Notes: a model not told the origin generated them from the letters alone. A DNA stretch of 64,000 nucleotides from an uncultured Gammaproteobacteria bacterium (GCA_964414795.1 CAYPWV010000002.1:5057-69056), one strand, 5' to 3'. Counted from the first letter of the stretch, positions 48,330-58,261 are shown. Program-made: numbers and translations.

Positions 48330-48727
48330 GCATGAAAAACATTCTTCAAAGCATATGTGAAAAGTTTTTCACATTTTGGAAACACCTTTCTCTCTTTACA
48401 AAATCTTTCCTACTTTCTAGTTGCATGACGTGCATCTTTTTCTTATTGCTCATTTTGCCTTTCACGCGTCCAGATCCTCTTGATCTTTCGCAGAGTCTTC
48501 ATCCTGTTTTTGCGGAGTGGTTCACCATGCTTTGGATTGTACCCGTAGCAGTCATCGGACTTTTCTTTATGAGCATAGGCTTTTATCCCGGGAATGAAGA
48601 TACCGGTGTATGGGGCGGAGTCTTCTCTATTGCCTTGTTCAACACCCTTTTATGGGCCTGTATTTTCTGGATCATTGCTCGAATGATAAGACTGCTCAAG
48701 AAGAACATTTCTTTGTTGAAGAAATAA
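48326..48727 (+). CDS. Hypothetical membrane protein
   Basis: Three hydrophobic segments; ATGA overlap with the upstream gene. Confidence 0.6.
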   Translation: MSMKNILQSICEKFFTFWKHLSLFTKSFLLSSCMTCIFFLLLILPFTRPDPLDLSQSLHPVFAEWFTMLWIVPVAVIGLFFMSIGFYPGNEDTGVWGGVFSIALFNTLLWACIFWIIARMIRLLKKNISLLKK

Positions 48728-48752
48728 GATTCTTTTGTTATCTTACATCTAT

Positions 48753-48962
48753 ATGCAATGCACGGCGGTGTATCAAAAACAAGGGAAATGGTACTTGGGA
48801 TGGATCGAAGAAGTTCCAGGGGTGAATACTCAAGGAAAAACTTTAAAAGAAGTAAAGGAAAATTTAAAAGAAGCCCTTGAGCTTTTTTTAGATGTTCATC
48901 GCACAATGATCGAAAAGGAACGTCCTCGTGGCAGGGTGGTACGGGAAAAAATAATGGTTTAA
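48753..48962 (+). CDS. hicB: HicB family antitoxin
   Basis: WYLGWIEEVPGVNTQGKTLKEVKENLKEAL. Confidence 0.88.
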   Translation: MQCTAVYQKQGKWYLGWIEEVPGVNTQGKTLKEVKENLKEALELFLDVHRTMIEKERPRGRVVREKIMV

Positions 48963-48965
48963 CAT

Positions 48966-49151
48966 GTGAAGCGTGAGGAGCTTCTTAAAATTCTTCGAAA
49001 ACATGGCTGTATATTCCTCCGTGAAGGTGGCAATCACAGTGTATTTTTAAATCCGGTAACCGACCGTATATCTACAGTTCCGAGACATAAAGAAATAAAC
49101 GATTTTCTTGCTAAGAAAATTTGCAAAGATCTTGGAATTTCTTTCTCATAA
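48966..49151 (+). CDS. hicA: HicA family toxin
   Basis: REGGNHS, STVPRHKEI, KICKDLGI. Confidence 0.9.
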   Translation: MKREELLKILRKHGCIFLREGGNHSVFLNPVTDRISTVPRHKEINDFLAKKICKDLGISFS

Positions 49152-49185
49152 ACTTCCCAACTTCATAACTTCCTATCTTCACCCT

Positions 49186-50685
49186 ATGACTCGCTATATC
49201 ACCGCATCTATCCCGTACGTAAATTCAACACCGCACATTGGCTATGCGGTTGAGCTTTTTCAAGTTGATGCGCTTCTTCGCTACTATAAGTCTCGTGGCG
49301 AAACGGTGCGCGGTCAATTTGGAAGCGATGATAATAGCCTGAAGAATGTTCGCGCAGCACGTGAAGCAGGAGAAGATATAGAAACATTTGTTGCGCGCCA
49401 TGCAGAAGAATTTCGCAAACTCAGCGACACGCTCAACCTCGACGAATCTTTTTGTCACTTCATTCGCACGCGTGACGATCTCCACATGCGCGGTGCGCAA
49501 AAGCTGTGGAGCATGTTCAAGCCCGAAGATATCGATAGGCGATCGTATGAAGGTTTGTATTGCGTAGGATGTGAGGCGTTTTATGCGCAAGAAGATTTGC
49601 TCGAAGGAAATCTTTGCCCAACGCACAAAAAGCCCGTTGAAGTGATTAAAGAAGAAAATTACTTTTTCAAACTCTCTAACTATCAAGCATTTTTTGAGGA
49701 GTTGCTCACCAAAGGTAAGGCAATGTGGAATGGGAAAGAGCATGTCATGGCGATCGTTCCCGAAGAACGCAGAAACGAAATGTTGGCGTTTGCAAAAAAG
49801 CTCGAAGATTTTAGTATTTCTCGCTCGGTGCAGCGCGCAGAAAATTGGGGCGTGCCCGTTCCGGGGGATGATAGTCAGGTGATGTATGTATGGGTTGATG
49901 CATTGTCGAACTACATCACGGCGCTGGGTTTTGCAGATGATGCGCAAGCCTTTGCTGATTTTTGGATCAATGCTGATGTTCGCACCCACGTTATTGGCAA
50001 AGACATCGTTCGTTTTCATGCCATTTATTGGCCTGCGTTTTTGCTCTCGGCAAGTCTTCCGCTTCCTACCGAAATTTTTGTACATGGATTTTTTACGGTG
50101 GAAGGCGAGAAAATGAGCAAGTCCATCGGCAACGTTATTCATCCGCGAGAGATTATTGATCTCTATGGTGTTGATGCAACGCGATATTTGCTTCTTCGCG
50201 ATTTGCCGCTAGTGGGCGATGGCGATGTTGCAAAAGATCGCCTTGAAGAACGATATAACGAACTTGCAAACGGTCTCGGTAACCTCGTTGGCCGCGTTGC
50301 CGCAATGGCGAATAAGTATTTTGAGGGTGTGTTGGATATTGCAAATGTAGCGTCTGTAGCGGCGGGTTTCAAACCCGCCGATAATCTCCACGAAGCGATC
50401 GAATCCCGCGACTTCAAAAAATATCTTGAAATCGTCCAAGGCTTGATCGATCAAGCAAACGCAAAAATTCAAATCGAAGAACCCTTCAAAACCGCAAAAA
50501 CCGATCTTGTTGCATGTAAAAAGACATTGTCAGAACTTGCGGCTATGATTTGTTTTATCGTCCACGCACTTAATCCCATCATGCCCAATATCAGTAAAGA
50601 AATTTTAGCGCGGTATATTGGAGAAAAAATTATTCATGGAGCACCTTTGTTTCCGAAAAAGGAAGATGCAAGTGAAACGATTTAA
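49186..50685 (+). CDS. metG: Methionine--tRNA ligase
   Basis: PYVN..PHIGY (HIGH-like), YCVGCE, YVWVDAL, GKDIVRFH, KMSKS. Confidence 0.96.
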   Translation: MTRYITASIPYVNSTPHIGYAVELFQVDALLRYYKSRGETVRGQFGSDDNSLKNVRAAREAGEDIETFVARHAEEFRKLSDTLNLDESFCHFIRTRDDLHMRGAQKLWSMFKPEDIDRRSYEGLYCVGCEAFYAQEDLLEGNLCPTHKKPVEVIKEENYFFKLSNYQAFFEELLTKGKAMWNGKEHVMAIVPEERRNEMLAFAKKLEDFSISRSVQRAENWGVPVPGDDSQVMYVWVDALSNYITALGFADDAQAFADFWINADVRTHVIGKDIVRFHAIYWPAFLLSASLPLPTEIFVHGFFTVEGEKMSKSIGNVIHPREIIDLYGVDATRYLLLRDLPLVGDGDVAKDRLEERYNELANGLGNLVGRVAAMANKYFEGVLDIANVASVAAGFKPADNLHEAIESRDFKKYLEIVQGLIDQANAKIQIEEPFKTAKTDLVACKKTLSELAAMICFIVHALNPIMPNISKEILARYIGEKIIHGAPLFPKKEDASETI

Positions 50686-50691
50686 CTCATA

Positions 50692-50781
50692 AGACTCTGA
50701 GCAACGGCGAAGGATTAAAGAAACCCATTTGTCACATACCCTCCTTATTCATTTACTGGACCCTTCCTAACGTCAGGGTCT
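50692..50781. repeat. REP-like palindromic element, same family as 45742-45831
   Basis: AGACTCTGAGCAACGGCGAAGGAT...GACCCTTCCTAACGTCAGGGTCT. Confidence 0.65.
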
Positions 50782-50790
50782 CGTACTTCT

Positions 50791-51264
50791 ATGCAGCCCT
50801 ACGTCATCGACATCATCTTCGCACTCGTTACCTGCGTATTCCTCATCACCGGATGGCGACGAGGATTTGTGCGTATGGCGGGTGGGTTGGTGAGTTTGGT
50901 GATTAGTATTGGGTGTGGGGTGTGGGGGGTAGGGTGGATCGAAGATACGTTGGGGATTCCGCTTTCCGCATCGTTCATCGGTTTGTTGTTTGCATTTTTG
51001 GTTATTGCCGTCATTGTGAGTGCGCTCGTGAATCTTGTCGTCACACTGCTCGATCTTGCACGTCGGCTTATTACGATGATTCCTGGCTTTGGACTTTTGC
51101 ATCGTTTGGCTGGTTCTGCTGTGGGAGTTCTTGAAGCCGGTGTGTGCATCCTCGGCGTAAGTTATGTTGCGATGTACATTCTTGCAGCCGGCGATATGCG
51201 TACACTGTTGCTTTCTTCTCAAGTTGTCGCCTACGGAGTACAGATCTTGTCTGTTATCGAATAA
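50791..51264 (+). CDS. CvpA family membrane protein
   Basis: IDIIF...GWRRGFVR, RLAGSAVGVLEA. Confidence 0.85.
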   Translation: MQPYVIDIIFALVTCVFLITGWRRGFVRMAGGLVSLVISIGCGVWGVGWIEDTLGIPLSASFIGLLFAFLVIAVIVSALVNLVVTLLDLARRLITMIPGFGLLHRLAGSAVGVLEAGVCILGVSYVAMYILAAGDMRTLLLSSQVVAYGVQILSVIE

Positions 51265-51272
51265 GACTATTA

Positions 51273-51356
51273 GTCATCCCGGGCTTGACCCGGGATCCAT
51301 CGCATCAAGAAAAAATAATTAAAAACGATGGATGCCGGATCGGTGTCCGGCATGAC
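51273..51356. repeat. REP/RPE-like palindromic element
   Basis: GTCATCCCGGGCTTGACCCGGGATCCAT...ATGGATGCCGGATCGGTGTCCGGCATGAC. Confidence 0.8.
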
Positions 51357-51365
51357 GAAAATGCT

Positions 51366-52217
51366 ATGCACCTCTTCGACTCCCACACTCACATCCACTT
51401 TCCTGCATTCGGCGACGACGTTGCACGCATTATGGAACAAGCGCAGCAAAAAGAGCTGGGCATGCTTACTGTGGGGACACTTGCGCCAACAAATGCGGCA
51501 GCGGTTGCATTTGCGGAGAAATACGACAACGTCTGGGCTGCGGTTGGCATTCATCCCTCGCACGTTCATCCGCTTGCGTTTCATGACGAGCACGAGCTTG
51601 CCGTAGGTGAAACACATCAAGGTATCGTGCAAGTTGATGGCGCTATCGACCTTTCCGATCTTCAGCAATATCTCACTCATCCAAAGGTAGTGGCGATTGG
51701 AGAATTTGGTTTGGATTTTTATCGATTGCCGGAAGATGTTGAGGCGGCAGAAAAAATAAAAGACGAACAGCGTCGTGCCGCAGCAGCGCATCTCGCACTT
51801 TGTTCGTTGCATCACAAACCTGCGGTAATCCATTGTCGTGATGCACATGCAGAGATGCAAGAGCTTATTGCTGATGAAATCGCCAAAGGAGGCCTTGCAC
51901 GCCGCGGCGTCATTCATTGTTTTACGGGCACACTTGAGGATGCGATGTGCTACATCGATCTTGGATTTTTTATTTCTTTTTCTGGCATTGTAACGTTTGC
52001 AAAATCATTACAAGAAGTTGCAAAACAAATCCCGCTTGCATCCATGCTCGTTGAAACCGACGCACCCTACCTCGCCCCCGTTCCTCATCGCGGCAAACGC
52101 AACGAACCCGCCTTTGTTGCAGACACCGTCACTTGCATCGCCGCTTTGCGAAATATTTCCTTCGATGAAGTTGCTTCTCAAACGGTCGAAAATGGGAAAG
52201 GTGTTTTTGGATTGTAG
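51366..52217 (+). CDS. tatD: TatD family DNase
   Basis: DSHTH, GIHP, AIGEFGLDFY, IHCRDA, IHCFTG, VETDAPYL. Confidence 0.95.
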   Translation: MHLFDSHTHIHFPAFGDDVARIMEQAQQKELGMLTVGTLAPTNAAAVAFAEKYDNVWAAVGIHPSHVHPLAFHDEHELAVGETHQGIVQVDGAIDLSDLQQYLTHPKVVAIGEFGLDFYRLPEDVEAAEKIKDEQRRAAAAHLALCSLHHKPAVIHCRDAHAEMQELIADEIAKGGLARRGVIHCFTGTLEDAMCYIDLGFFISFSGIVTFAKSLQEVAKQIPLASMLVETDAPYLAPVPHRGKRNEPAFVADTVTCIAALRNISFDEVASQTVENGKGVFGL

Positions 52218-52232
52218 TAAGTTGGGTATTGA

Positions 52233-52358
52233 TGTGTCATCCTGAGGGAGATTTCAAGCCGACCGAAGGAACTTCTTGTAACCACAAACTATCAACTGAT
52301 AACCATTTGTTTTTCCAAAGATCCTTCGGTCGACGTAGCGCTCCCTCAGGATGACACA
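52233..52358. repeat. REP-like palindromic element
   Basis: Perfect 18-bp inverted repeat TGTGTCATCCTGAGGGAG / CTCCCTCAGGATGACACA; inner CGACCGAAGGA / TCCTTCGGTCG. Confidence 0.8.
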
Positions 52359-52465
52359 CTCACTTCCCCCATCTGCCGTCTGTCGTCTGCCGTCTTTCGT
52401 CCCTATTCATTTCCCACTAAACCACTAAACTGCCAACCCCGCAAAACTACTTGTTCCTCCACACA

Positions 52466-52494
52466 TTGCACTTTTTGGCTTTTTGTGCTATACT
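52466..52494 (+). promoter_or_regulatory. Sigma70-type promoter
   Basis: TTGCAC-N17-TATACT with TG extension. Confidence 0.5.
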
Positions 52495-52534
52495 TTATTG
52501 TCTTTTCATCTGGTTCTGACACGTTCAAAGCCAG

Positions 52535-52981
52535 GTGAAGATACCGGATTTCCACCCCCAATCTGCGAGGTCGTTCATGCCCGAAGTCACCCAGTTTTTC
52601 AACGATTTTCAGGCAAACAAGGCGAACAGGGTCTTTTTCGTCGGGCTGTCCCTCCTCATGCTTCTCGCCTCGCTTCTGTGCTTCCAGGCCGGACGCCAGG
52701 AGATCGCCGAAGTGGTGGTCTCGAAGGAGGTGGCGAACCTGCAGCTCCAAGAGCTGCTGCGGGAAAAAAACCAGGATCTCCGGCATGCCCGCCGGATCAT
52801 CGCCGGCCAACGGCAGGTCATCAACTCCCAGGGCCTCTCGCTCTGGGCGGCGAGCGTCATCCTCGAGGTCAACCAGGCTCGACTCGGAGACCTGGAGGTT
52901 CGTCACGGCGACGACCTCCGGCTCATCGACGAGCAGGCGGGGGTGATCAGCACCCTCGACCGGGCGTGCCGGGCGCAGTGA
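52535..52981 (+). CDS. GC-rich hypothetical TM + coiled-coil protein
   Basis: One TM, heptad-like region, strong GC3 bias, upstream promoter, downstream hairpin; alternative start at 52577. Confidence 0.6.
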   Translation: MKIPDFHPQSARSFMPEVTQFFNDFQANKANRVFFVGLSLLMLLASLLCFQAGRQEIAEVVVSKEVANLQLQELLREKNQDLRHARRIIAGQRQVINSQGLSLWAASVILEVNQARLGDLEVRHGDDLRLIDEQAGVISTLDRACRAQ

Positions 52982-53136
52982 CGGTTCTGAGCCTTTGGGC
53001 TCCGTGTGGCGGCTTCATCGTGGAGCCGTCTTTGTCTTTTTATAGAGAGTTGTATGTTTTAGCATGAAGCGAACGTAATCGTTCTGCTTCATGCTTTGAC
53101 CGTCTTTAGTGATTTCGGATACATTTCTTGCAAAGT

Positions 53137-53709
53137 ATGAACATCCTTTCCATCTCAGACAACCAACTCGTCACCCTCATCAAAAACGGAGGTGTGGGTG
53201 TTTTGCCAACGGATACCGTGTATGGTTTGGTATGTGATGCAGCAAATCCAGCTGCAGTTGCAAAATTATATGCATTGAAACATCGGGAGCAAAAGCCTGG
53301 TACAACCATCGCTGCAGATGCGGATCAGATTATTTCTTTGGGTATTGCAAAAGATGCCGTGCAATCCGTCGAGCGATTTTGGCCAGGAGTGAGTATTGAG
53401 CTTTTGTGGGGAGAGCAAGGAATGTATCTCCATCAAGGAACAGGTCGATCGGCCTTTCGTGTAGTTGCCGACGAGAGTCTCAGACAATTTTTGCAAAAAA
53501 CAGGACCACTCCTTACGTCAAGCGCAAATCTTCCTGGTCAGCCGCCTGTAAATACGCTTGATGAAGCGCATACGTATTTTGGCGATTCGGTGGATTTTTA
53601 TGTGGATGGTGGCAATCTTTCCGGTCGACAATCGTCCACGCTTATCCGTGTAGTAGATGGAGTTGTTGAAGTTCTGCGTCAAGGATCGGTGGTTATTTCA
53701 AGAGAATAA
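53137..53709 (+). CDS. tsaC: L-threonylcarbamoyladenylate synthase (YrdC/Sua5 family)
   Basis: PTDTVYGL, K.R..KP, FWPG, SSANLPG, STL, LRQG. Confidence 0.9.
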   Translation: MNILSISDNQLVTLIKNGGVGVLPTDTVYGLVCDAANPAAVAKLYALKHREQKPGTTIAADADQIISLGIAKDAVQSVERFWPGVSIELLWGEQGMYLHQGTGRSAFRVVADESLRQFLQKTGPLLTSSANLPGQPPVNTLDEAHTYFGDSVDFYVDGGNLSGRQSSTLIRVVDGVVEVLRQGSVVISRE

Positions 53710-53752
53710 TTTTGACCATGATGATACGGTTCGGATATCATGAAATATAAGT

Positions 53753-55681
53753 ATGCTCTCCACAAACGACATTCGACAAAAATATCTTGCCTTTTTTGCA
53801 AAGCACGGGCACGCCGTTGTTGCATCATCTTCTTTGGTTCCCAACAATGATCCAACGACGTTATTTACCGGTTCGGGCATGCAACCCATGATTTCTTATT
53901 TGCTTGGAGAAAAGCATCCTGCAGGAACGCGTATTGTTGATAGTCAAAAGTGTTTTCGTTCGGGAGATATTGAAGAAGTGGGTGATAATCGCCACACCAC
54001 ATTTTTTGAGATGCTCGGCAATTGGTCACTTGGTGATTATTTTAAGCAAGAGCAAATTCCTTGGATGTACGACTTTCTTACCAAGGAAATTGGATTGAAC
54101 CCGGAACATTTATACATCACCGTTTTTGAGGGGAGCCCAGAGATCGGGATCGGGAAGGACGAAGAGGCGGTAGAACTTTGGAAAGCCTGTTTTGCAAAAG
54201 ATAAAATCGAGGCAGCTGCACTTGATGATGCCGAAAAACTTGGTATGCGTCCCGAGCTCAACGGACGAATCTTTTCGTATCCAGAAAAAAAGAATTGGTG
54301 GAGCCGTGCGGGAGTTCCTGCAAATATGCCCGTGGGTGAACCGGGCGGACCAGACACCGAAATGTTTTGGGATTTCGATCCAGACGAATCTAAGAGGTAT
54401 CACGAGAATTCAAACTGGGCAGGAGAAAAGTGTCACGTCAATTGCGATTGCGGTCGATTCATGGAAATCGGCAACAACGTGTTTATGCAGTACGTAAAAA
54501 CAAATACAGGTTTTGTCGAGCTTCCGCAGCGTAATGTAGATTTTGGTGGGGGATTGGAGCGTATTGCCGCAGCAGTCAACGGTGATCCGGATGTGTTTCA
54601 ATTAGATATTTTTAGTGAAGCAAAAGAGAAGATCACTGCTCTCTCAGGTTGTTCGTATCAAGGCGAAAACATGTACGCCTTCCGTGTGATTCTCGACCAC
54701 ATTCGTGCGGCAACGTTCCTTATTGGTGATGGGGTTTTGCCAGGGAATAAGGATCAAGGTTATTTTGTGCGCCGTCTCATTCGTCGTGCGGTGCGATTCG
54801 CAAAAAAGCTTGGCGCTGCGCAGGCAATCGTGCGTGCCGTTGCAGAAACGTACATCGATCAGTACAGCGATGCGTATCCAAGTCTTTTAGAAAAGAAAGA
54901 GGATATTTTGCGTGCACTTGAAGCTGAAGAAGAAAAATTTGCGAAAACTATCGAGCAGGGTCTTAAGGAGGTAGAAAAACTTGTTGGTCTCGGAATCCAA
55001 TACGTTCCCGATGGAGAGCAATTGCCTTATTATAATGAAGTTGATGTTAAGAAGGCATTTGATATCTATCAATCTTTCGGTTTCCCGTTTGAGATGATTC
55101 AAGAAGAGTTAGCAAGACGAAATCTTCGTTTAGATGATTTAAAATTTAAAAAGGAGTTTGACGACTACATGCGAAAACACCAAGACCTCTCGCGTGCAGG
55201 AGCAGAGCAAAAGTTTGCAGGAGGCTTGGCAGATCATTCCGAAGAAACGACGAAGTTGCACACTGCAACGCACTTATTGCATCAGGCACTGCGAACCGTT
55301 CTCGGTGATCACGTTGCACAAAAGGGAAGTAACATTACTGCTGAGCGCTTGCGTTTTGATTTTTCGCATACCGATAAAATGACGCCTGAGCAAATCAAGC
55401 ACGTCGAAGATATCGTGAACGAGCAAATTAAGCTCGATCTTCCCGTGCATTTTGAAATGCTTACGGTCGACGAAGCAAAAGCTCGCGGCGCAATCGGACT
55501 TTTCGGTGACAAATATGCAACGCTCGGCGATAAGATCAAGGTCTATTTCATGGGTGATTACAGTAAGGAAATTTGCGGCGGCCCTCACGTAGAGCATCTT
55601 GGCCAACTCGGCGGCATCAAGATCGCGAAAGAAGAAGCCGTTTCCGCCGGCGTCCGTCGTATTAAGGCGGTGTTGAGATAA
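53753..55681 (+). CDS. alaS: Alanine--tRNA ligase (short form, no C-Ala domain)
   Basis: DPTTLFTGSGMQP, HTTFFEMLGNWS, DFGGGLER, DHIRA, HTATHLLH, CGGPH, GVRRIKA. Confidence 0.96.
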   Translation: MLSTNDIRQKYLAFFAKHGHAVVASSSLVPNNDPTTLFTGSGMQPMISYLLGEKHPAGTRIVDSQKCFRSGDIEEVGDNRHTTFFEMLGNWSLGDYFKQEQIPWMYDFLTKEIGLNPEHLYITVFEGSPEIGIGKDEEAVELWKACFAKDKIEAAALDDAEKLGMRPELNGRIFSYPEKKNWWSRAGVPANMPVGEPGGPDTEMFWDFDPDESKRYHENSNWAGEKCHVNCDCGRFMEIGNNVFMQYVKTNTGFVELPQRNVDFGGGLERIAAAVNGDPDVFQLDIFSEAKEKITALSGCSYQGENMYAFRVILDHIRAATFLIGDGVLPGNKDQGYFVRRLIRRAVRFAKKLGAAQAIVRAVAETYIDQYSDAYPSLLEKKEDILRALEAEEEKFAKTIEQGLKEVEKLVGLGIQYVPDGEQLPYYNEVDVKKAFDIYQSFGFPFEMIQEELARRNLRLDDLKFKKEFDDYMRKHQDLSRAGAEQKFAGGLADHSEETTKLHTATHLLHQALRTVLGDHVAQKGSNITAERLRFDFSHTDKMTPEQIKHVEDIVNEQIKLDLPVHFEMLTVDEAKARGAIGLFGDKYATLGDKIKVYFMGDYSKEICGGPHVEHLGQLGGIKIAKEEAVSAGVRRIKAVLR

Positions 55682-55729
55682 AAGAAAAACCCGGTCGCCG
55701 TCACGCTGACGACGACACGGGTCGCGACC

Positions 55730-57015
55730 CACTACTGTCCAAAGTCCTTAAAACCTCTTAATATATGAGCAAATACCTAACATTCATATATGCAGGGAGG
55801 GCATATTCATGCAGACGAGATCATTAATTTAGTATCAGATGAACTCTTGGACACGCTCGCTTACGAGACGGGAGTAGATTACTCCGTACAGAAACTCCAC
55901 GGAAAAACACTTTTCAAATTGTTTCTTTTTTCATTACTTCACCAAGGCAATGTATCTCTGCGTGTTCTTGAAGCCATTTTTTCTTCAAAGAAATTTCAAT
56001 CACTATTTGGTATGCAGAATGTTTCCATTAAACATTCGGCTCTTGGCATGCGGTTACAGAGCATGAATCCCTTGTATTTTGAGCGTATCTTCACTTCACT
56101 CCTCGAGCACCCAAAACTTAAAGACGTCTGTTTCGGAAATACAAAGATCCAAACACACAAAATAGACTCAACATTTGTAGGCATTGCAGAAAAGCTCCTC
56201 CGTCATGGTTTACGGAATGGTAAAAGTGAGGATCATCGCCGACATGTAAAATATAGCGTCGCTCTTTCGGGAAGCATTCCTGTACATATTGTGTTATGCA
56301 AAGGTCAGTCGAGTATCAGTGAAGACATTGCATTGCCGCCCGTAGTAAAGAATATTCCGAAGAACAAAGATGGAACGGTCCATGTCGCCATCTTTGACCA
56401 AGGAATTCATAAAAAGCAAACATTCGTTGACCTTTTTCGTGAGAATATCTTTTTTGTTTCTCGTGCAGAAAAGCATCCTTTCATGACGGTTGAATCACTT
56501 TCTCTTGAAGAACAAGAAACAAAAACACTCACCATCCTTTCAGATGAGATCGTAAAATTCTCTTCCAAGAAAACAGAGACGCAACGAAGAACACTTCCTG
56601 AAGAGTTTCGGCTCGTAACAGGAAAAAACAAAAAGACCGGCAAGGTCTTTCATTTTATTACGAATATTCGTTTTCTTTCTGCGACAGAAATAACAGAATT
56701 GTATAAATCTCGTTGGGAAATTGAGACGTTTTTTAAATTCATTAAACAAGAACTCGGATTCACGCACATGGTTTCTCGTACAGAAAATGGTATTCGTTGT
56801 GTCATGTATCTCACGATGATTGCCGCGATTCTTTTAACGCTCTATAGAAAGATGAATAAGATTACTGGATGGAAAGTTGCGAAAATACAATTTTTAGATG
56901 AGCTTGAGTTTAACATTCACAAAGAGTGGCACGAAGAGATTAGTATATTCCTCAAGCGACAACAACCCTTTGCTCAAGCAGATCCGGGGGTATAAGGGGA
57001 CTTTGGACAGTAGTG
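55730..57015 (+). mobile_element. IS4 family insertion sequence
   Basis: Perfect 18-bp inverted repeats CACTACTGTCCAAAGTCC (55730-55747 and 56998-57015); flanking direct repeat GTCGCGACC (55721-55729 and 57016-57024). Confidence 0.92.
55790..56995 (+). CDS. IS4 family DDE transposase
   Basis: KIDST, IFDQG, YKSRWEIETFFKFIKQ (YREK motif). Confidence 0.93.
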   Translation: MQGGHIHADEIINLVSDELLDTLAYETGVDYSVQKLHGKTLFKLFLFSLLHQGNVSLRVLEAIFSSKKFQSLFGMQNVSIKHSALGMRLQSMNPLYFERIFTSLLEHPKLKDVCFGNTKIQTHKIDSTFVGIAEKLLRHGLRNGKSEDHRRHVKYSVALSGSIPVHIVLCKGQSSISEDIALPPVVKNIPKNKDGTVHVAIFDQGIHKKQTFVDLFRENIFFVSRAEKHPFMTVESLSLEEQETKTLTILSDEIVKFSSKKTETQRRTLPEEFRLVTGKNKKTGKVFHFITNIRFLSATEITELYKSRWEIETFFKFIKQELGFTHMVSRTENGIRCVMYLTMIAAILLTLYRKMNKITGWKVAKIQFLDELEFNIHKEWHEEISIFLKRQQPFAQADPGV

Positions 57016-57037
57016 GTCGCGACCCTCGCTGTGTTGT

Positions 57038-57241
57038 TCACGGCGAGGGGTAGGGAATTACTCCTCCCAAAATATCACTGAGCATCAGGATATTGGGAAA
57101 ATATGTCATCAGGAGAAAAAAGATGCCTGCGAGAACAATGGCCGCGACGATTCCGTACATCATTAATGTCCACATTGTCACCGCAGAGGTACTTTCTTCT
57201 TCCTCTTCTGAAACTTTATCTTTCAAACGTTCTTTTACCAT
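57038..57241 (-). CDS. Small single-TM hypothetical protein
   Basis: Acidic N-terminus followed by a long hydrophobic segment. Confidence 0.5.
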   Translation of the reverse strand: MVKERLKDKVSEEEEESTSAVTMWTLMMYGIVAAIVLAGIFFLLMTYFPNILMLSDILGGVIPYPSP

Positions 57242-57359
57242 GCACTGCTCCTTTTGTGAAAGCAATGGATTTGTACCATAAATAAGCTTTCTTTTCGAAT
57301 CAAAACGTTATTCTCAAGATAAAGTTAGGTGTTTTGAGGTTTATCCTGTACACTTTTCC

Positions 57360-57388
57360 TTGACCAAAACTTTATTCTTTCCTATACT
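57360..57388 (+). promoter_or_regulatory. Promoter of infA/alpha operon
   Basis: TTGACC-N17-TATACT. Confidence 0.6.
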
Positions 57389-57432
57389 TGTTCCGCTTTC
57401 AATTTAATGCTGAAAGCGCTACAGCGCCGCTT

Positions 57433-57648
57433 ATGGCGGAAAAACAATTCTTAGAAATTCGTGGCACGGTTCTCGAATCGCTGCCCGCTGGCGCCTTCCG
57501 CGTCAAATTAGAAAACGACATGGTGGTTATCGCGCATCTTGCCGGTAAACTCCGTCAGTTCCGCATCCGGGTCATGCCGGGTGACGACGTCAAGTGTGAG
57601 ATCAGTCCGTATGATCTCACCAAGGCACGAATCACGTTCCGCTTTTAG
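57433..57648 (+). CDS. infA: Translation initiation factor IF-1
   Basis: FRVKLEN...AHLAGKLR..RIRVMPGD.V..EISPYDLTKARI. Confidence 0.97.
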   Translation: MAEKQFLEIRGTVLESLPAGAFRVKLENDMVVIAHLAGKLRQFRIRVMPGDDVKCEISPYDLTKARITFRF

Positions 57649-57671
57649 CGAAACGGCATCTCGCGCTTTTT

Positions 57672-57708
57672 ACAAAATCATCTTTTGAGAAATCTCGGAT
57701 GATTTTGT
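57672..57708 (+). terminator. Hairpin between infA and rpmJ
   Basis: ACAAAATCATC...GATGATTTTGT. Confidence 0.45.
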
Positions 57709-57739
57709 GTTAACACTTTAATTCACCTCAGCTTCGCGT

Positions 57740-57853
57740 ATGAAGGTTCGCTCCTCTGTGAAGAAAATTTGCCGCGACTGTCAAGTTATCCGCCGTTTTG
57801 GTCGGGTAATGGTTGTGTGCAAAACCCCGAAGCATAAACAGCGTCAGGGTTAA
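57740..57853 (+). CDS. rpmJ: 50S ribosomal protein L36 (not in ORF track)
   Basis: [37 protein letters not shown]. Confidence 0.97.
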   Translation: MKVRSSVKKICRDCQVIRRFGRVMVVCKTPKHKQRQG

Positions 57854-57856
57854 TAA

Positions 57857-58249
57857 ATGGCTATGGCTCGTATTGCTGGAGTTTCACTCCCATCTCAAAA
57901 GCGTATCGTCATCGCACTCCAATACGTTTACGGTATTGGTGCGACACGTGCGCAGCAAGTGCTTGCGAAAGCAAAGGTTGGTGAAGATGTTCGGGTAAAA
58001 GATCTTACTGCAGATCAAGAAAATGTCATTCGTACGATTGTAGAAAAAGAATATCGTACCGAAGGTGACTTGCGCCGCGACAATCTTTCCAACATCAAGC
58101 GTTTAAAAGATATCGGTGCATACCGTGGAACGCGCCACATGAAAGGCTTGCCCGCACGTGGTCAGCGCACAAAATCAAATTCACGTACTGTTCGTGGAAA
58201 CGTGCGTAAAACCGCAGGAAGTGGTCGCCGCATGCTTACCAAGACCTAA
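57857..58249 (+). CDS. rpsM: 30S ribosomal protein S13
   Basis: [26 protein letters not shown]. Confidence 0.97.
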   Translation: MAMARIAGVSLPSQKRIVIALQYVYGIGATRAQQVLAKAKVGEDVRVKDLTADQENVIRTIVEKEYRTEGDLRRDNLSNIKRLKDIGAYRGTRHMKGLPARGQRTKSNSRTVRGNVRKTAGSGRRMLTKT

Positions 58250-58261
58250 TGCATTGATGCT

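Noticed and set aside
49225-50142. 305-aa minus-strand ORF
   Set aside because: Antisense shadow of metG.
51144-51365. TatD N-terminal extension containing an in-frame palindromic element
   Set aside because: The extension overlaps cvpA; the canonical TatD start (MHLFDSHTH) is at 51366, so the repeat is intergenic.
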